17,009 nt of DNA from Acinetobacter chinensis (GTDB taxonomy: Bacteria > Pseudomonadota > Gammaproteobacteria > Pseudomonadales > Moraxellaceae), in contig NZ_CP032127.1 of NCBI RefSeq assembly GCF_002165375.2, forward strand, positions 1 through 17,009, given 5' to 3'. Position numbers and translations under genes: made by a program. Shown piece by piece: positions 15,138-17,009 of the stretch (position 1 is the stretch's first letter; every line of letters starts with the position of its first letter). The notes beneath the pieces were generated by a model. The model was given only the letters and a program-made list of their open reading frames with translations. It was not told where the DNA came from and ran no database searches.

Positions 15138-15393
15138 AAAATTCTGCTTTTGAATCGGCTATCACATATGGCTTCCATTTAGGACTAGTACAGTTAAACT
15201 TTGGATCCTGATAGTGTGGAGGAAATTTATTATCTTTATCATGATCATTGACAGCGACTTCACGCTTACATTGAGTACATCGATAGATTCCTGAATGTGG
15301 AACTTTAGATCCAGCAGAAAAAATTTGATTAAAAAAGGCATCATTACTATTGGTAGAAAACTCATTTAAGGTTTTACGTTCAACTAAAGACAT
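15136..15393 (-). CDS. Small hypothetical protein with a zinc-ribbon-like motif
   Basis: An 85-aa protein. 'GIYRCTQCKREVAV...KFPPHYQDPKFNCTSPKW' gives CxxC plus a distal His/Cys. A strong terminator follows directly. Confidence 0.55.
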   Translation of the reverse strand: MSLVERKTLNEFSTNSNDAFFNQIFSAGSKVPHSGIYRCTQCKREVAVNDHDKDNKFPPHYQDPKFNCTSPKWKPYVIADSKAEF

Positions 15394-15523
15394 TTTAACT
15401 ATTCCAAATTGATTAAATCTGATCAGAATATCAACAATTTAACTCATAAACACATTCAAAAATGATAACTGCGACACACTTTGTCGTTAAGAATCACCTG
15501 TCTTCAGTTAAATGTAAAATCAC

Positions 15524-15829
15524 TTATTTTAACTTACCAATACAATCTAATATTTCCTTTAATTGCTCAGGATCATTTTCTTCTAACTTTTTAAAAACCT
15601 CCTCTAAAGCTATTTCAAGTAGTTGATTTAATAACTTATTTCTTGTTGGATTACCGAGGTGGGCTTTCAATGCCTCTACCTTTTCAAAGTTCCATTGATA
15701 TATACGAAATGGTACTTGATGAGTTACCCCTAAAGTCTCCGTGTTATATGTCCTAGCTTTAATTTGTGACACCAAAATATCTAACTCTTTCGGGTCATTT
15801 TCCCCCTTAACATAAAGTCTATTTAACAT
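15524..15829 (-). CDS. Hypothetical protein, possible ribbon-helix-helix-like regulator
   Basis: I prefer the start at Met18 of the track ORF ('MLNRLYVKG...'). 'VPFRIYQWNFEKVEALKAHLGNPTRNKLLNQLLEIALEEV' has a strand-helix-helix pattern. It is divergent from the next gene across TGATAT repeats. Confidence 0.4.
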   Translation of the reverse strand: MLNRLYVKGENDPKELDILVSQIKARTYNTETLGVTHQVPFRIYQWNFEKVEALKAHLGNPTRNKLLNQLLEIALEEVFKKLEENDPEQLKEILDCIGKLK

Positions 15830-15900
15830 TTCATCACCAATGAATTTGATATATAAAAATGATATAGTTTTTAATATCAAAAATACAAGTGAGTTTTAAA

Positions 15901-16437
15901 ATGGGACAAGCAAAAAATCGGGGCTCTCTGGAAGAAAGAGTTAAAAATGCTAAAAAATTTAGAAAAGAAGCTATCTTAAGTGAACTTAAAAAAATCGTAG
16001 AGGGGCATTATCAACACGTACCAGATCAATTTTCACATCGCCAGAACTATTTAGATGGATGTGTAATTGCAATGGATATTAAAGAAGCAATGGACATCGT
16101 CTTAGACGATGGCGATATTGGTATCATTGAAGATGGTTGCCCAAAACCAGAATATATATTAGGACTATTTGAAGTTGCTTTAGATAACTACGGTCTCGAT
16201 GATAATGAGAATATTCAGGAATGTGCAGCTTGGGTTGATGAAGACATAAGTATGAATACTACGTTCTTTAGATTTAAAGATGCATCAGAGTTTAATCAAT
16301 TAGAAGATGTTCTAAAGGCCGTTAATAAATTTTCATTTTGGTTGCCAACTTATATCATGCTAAACGGCACTTGGTATGATACTTACGAAATTGGTGCTGT
16401 AGATGAAAATGGAAATACTATAGGCTCCAGGTTTTAA
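15901..16437 (+). CDS. Hypothetical acidic protein
   Basis: A 178-aa product from ATG 15901; the track starts at GTG 15889. The central part is D/E-rich ('DIVLDDGDIGIIEDG', 'LDNYGLDDNENIQECAAWVDEDI'). A strong terminator follows. Confidence 0.55.
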   Translation: MGQAKNRGSLEERVKNAKKFRKEAILSELKKIVEGHYQHVPDQFSHRQNYLDGCVIAMDIKEAMDIVLDDGDIGIIEDGCPKPEYILGLFEVALDNYGLDDNENIQECAAWVDEDISMNTTFFRFKDASEFNQLEDVLKAVNKFSFWLPTYIMLNGTWYDTYEIGAVDENGNTIGSRF

Positions 16438-16447
16438 TTGATTTATA

Positions 16448-16474
16448 AAGCCCAGGTTAATCCTGGGCTTTTTG
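16448..16474. terminator. Rho-independent terminator shared by convergent genes
   Basis: The stem is AGCCCAGG / CCTGGGCT with a TTAAT loop, followed by TTTTT on the plus strand. Confidence 0.75.
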
Positions 16475-16627
16475 TTCAATCTGATCATTAGCCTCAAACA
16501 TGCCAGGATTGGTAATCTGGATATTGTCCTGACAATTTCCGCAAAGCATCAGCCCTGCAAAAAGCTGTACGTTTTCCCTTGAATCACAGAAAGCACATGG
16601 TTTAGAAAGTTGAATAATATTACTCAT
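16457..16627 (-). CDS. Unannotated 56-aa zinc-ribbon protein (CxxC-x14-CxxC), start/stop-coupled to the upstream RHH gene
   Basis: My manual translation is MSNIIQLSKPCAFCDSRENVQLFAGLMLCGNCQDNIQITNPGMFEANDQIEQKAQD. Its ATG (16627) overlaps the stop of the 129-aa gene as ATGAGTAA. It is absent from the supplied ORF track. Confidence 0.5.
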   Translation of the reverse strand: MSNIIQLSKPCAFCDSRENVQLFAGLMLCGNCQDNIQITNPGMFEANDQIEQKAQD

Positions 16628-17009
16628 GATTTTTTCCTTTCAGATAGCTAGCCTTGGCATGACTTCTTCCTTTAGCCTGCATTCCTCGAATCTCATATTT
16701 CTCTGTTTGTAGCTTCATAAGAATGCCTATTTGAAACATGTATATTTCCCCTAAATCTCCTAATAAATTTTCATTCAAAGAATTAGCTTGAGTAAATTGA
16801 TCCAATGATCGATTAATATCTTTTTCAAAATCATTCACCAGTGTTTCAATCCGACTGACTTGTCGCTCAATGCTGGCCATCTGTAAATTATTGGTCAGAA
16901 GATCCCGCAGATAAGTCCCTAATTTATCGCCCTTCAACTGAGCCAAACGCTCATATTCTTGTGCAACCTGATTGTCTAATCTGACGGCAACGGTTCGAGT
17001 ACTGTTCAT
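16620..17009 (-). CDS. Ribbon-helix-helix (CopG/Arc/MetJ-like) domain protein with coiled-coil C-terminal part
   Basis: The N-terminus 'RTVAVRLDNQVAQEYERLAQLKGDKLGTYLRDLL' has the strand-helix-helix pattern of RHH or MobC-like proteins. The ATG lies exactly at the window edge. Confidence 0.6.
   Translation of the reverse strand: MNSTRTVAVRLDNQVAQEYERLAQLKGDKLGTYLRDLLTNNLQMASIERQVSRIETLVNDFEKDINRSLDQFTQANSLNENLLGDLGEIYMFQIGILMKLQTEKYEIRGMQAKGRSHAKASYLKGKNHE

Noticed and set aside
15162-15365. 67-aa minus-strand ORF overlapping the 85-aa gene in another frame.
   Set aside because: It is fully nested in the 15136-15393 ORF, which has the zinc-ribbon motif and the terminator. The nested frame is Ile/Leu/Phe-rich AT-bias noise.
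15439-15466. TTAACTCATAA-ACACAT-TCAAAAATGAT, a superficially pdif-like sequence.
   Set aside because: It matches the two arm consensuses at only about 6/11 and 5/11, which is indistinguishable from AT-rich background.
1-17009. Search for CRISPR arrays, tRNA/rRNA genes and long tandem repeats.
   Set aside because: I saw no regularly spaced direct repeats, no cloverleaf-like GC-rich segments and no rRNA-like sequence. The only repeat structures are the IS ends, the pdif sites and the short operator-like motifs listed above.

Overview
The window reads as a mosaic Acinetobacter-type Rep_3 plasmid segment built from XerC/XerD 'pdif' (dif) modules. All calls come from reading the sequence and recalling protein families; no searches were run.

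Order of elements:
- Rep_3 replication initiator plus an HTH partner (1-1522).
- msr(E)-mph(E) macrolide-resistance module between inversely oriented pdif sites (1673-4678).
- A serine-recombinase module carrying an IS1202-group insertion next to a pdif XerC arm (4679-6975).
- tetA(39)/tetR(39) tetracycline-resistance module (6976-9020). Its right-hand pdif site is split by an IS3-family element (about 9017-10298).
- A short ORF-free segment with two terminators (10319-10763).
- An AT-rich accessory segment (10764-14430) bounded by degenerate pdif-like sites. It holds two divergently transcribed candidate defence loci.
- Small hypothetical genes to the window end. One is a 56-aa zinc-ribbon ORF that the ORF track misses, start/stop-coupled to an RHH gene.

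The two candidate defence loci:
- (a) A lambda RexA/RexB-like pair: a 318-aa cytoplasmic protein and a roughly 155-aa four-TM protein.
- (b) A tightly packed three-gene operon encoding a winged-HTH AbiEi-like protein, an AbiEii/MenT-like nucleotidyltransferase and a minimal PP2C-type phosphatase. I consider (b) the best candidate for an undescribed tripartite toxin-antitoxin or abortive-infection system.

No rRNA, tRNA or CRISPR array was seen.
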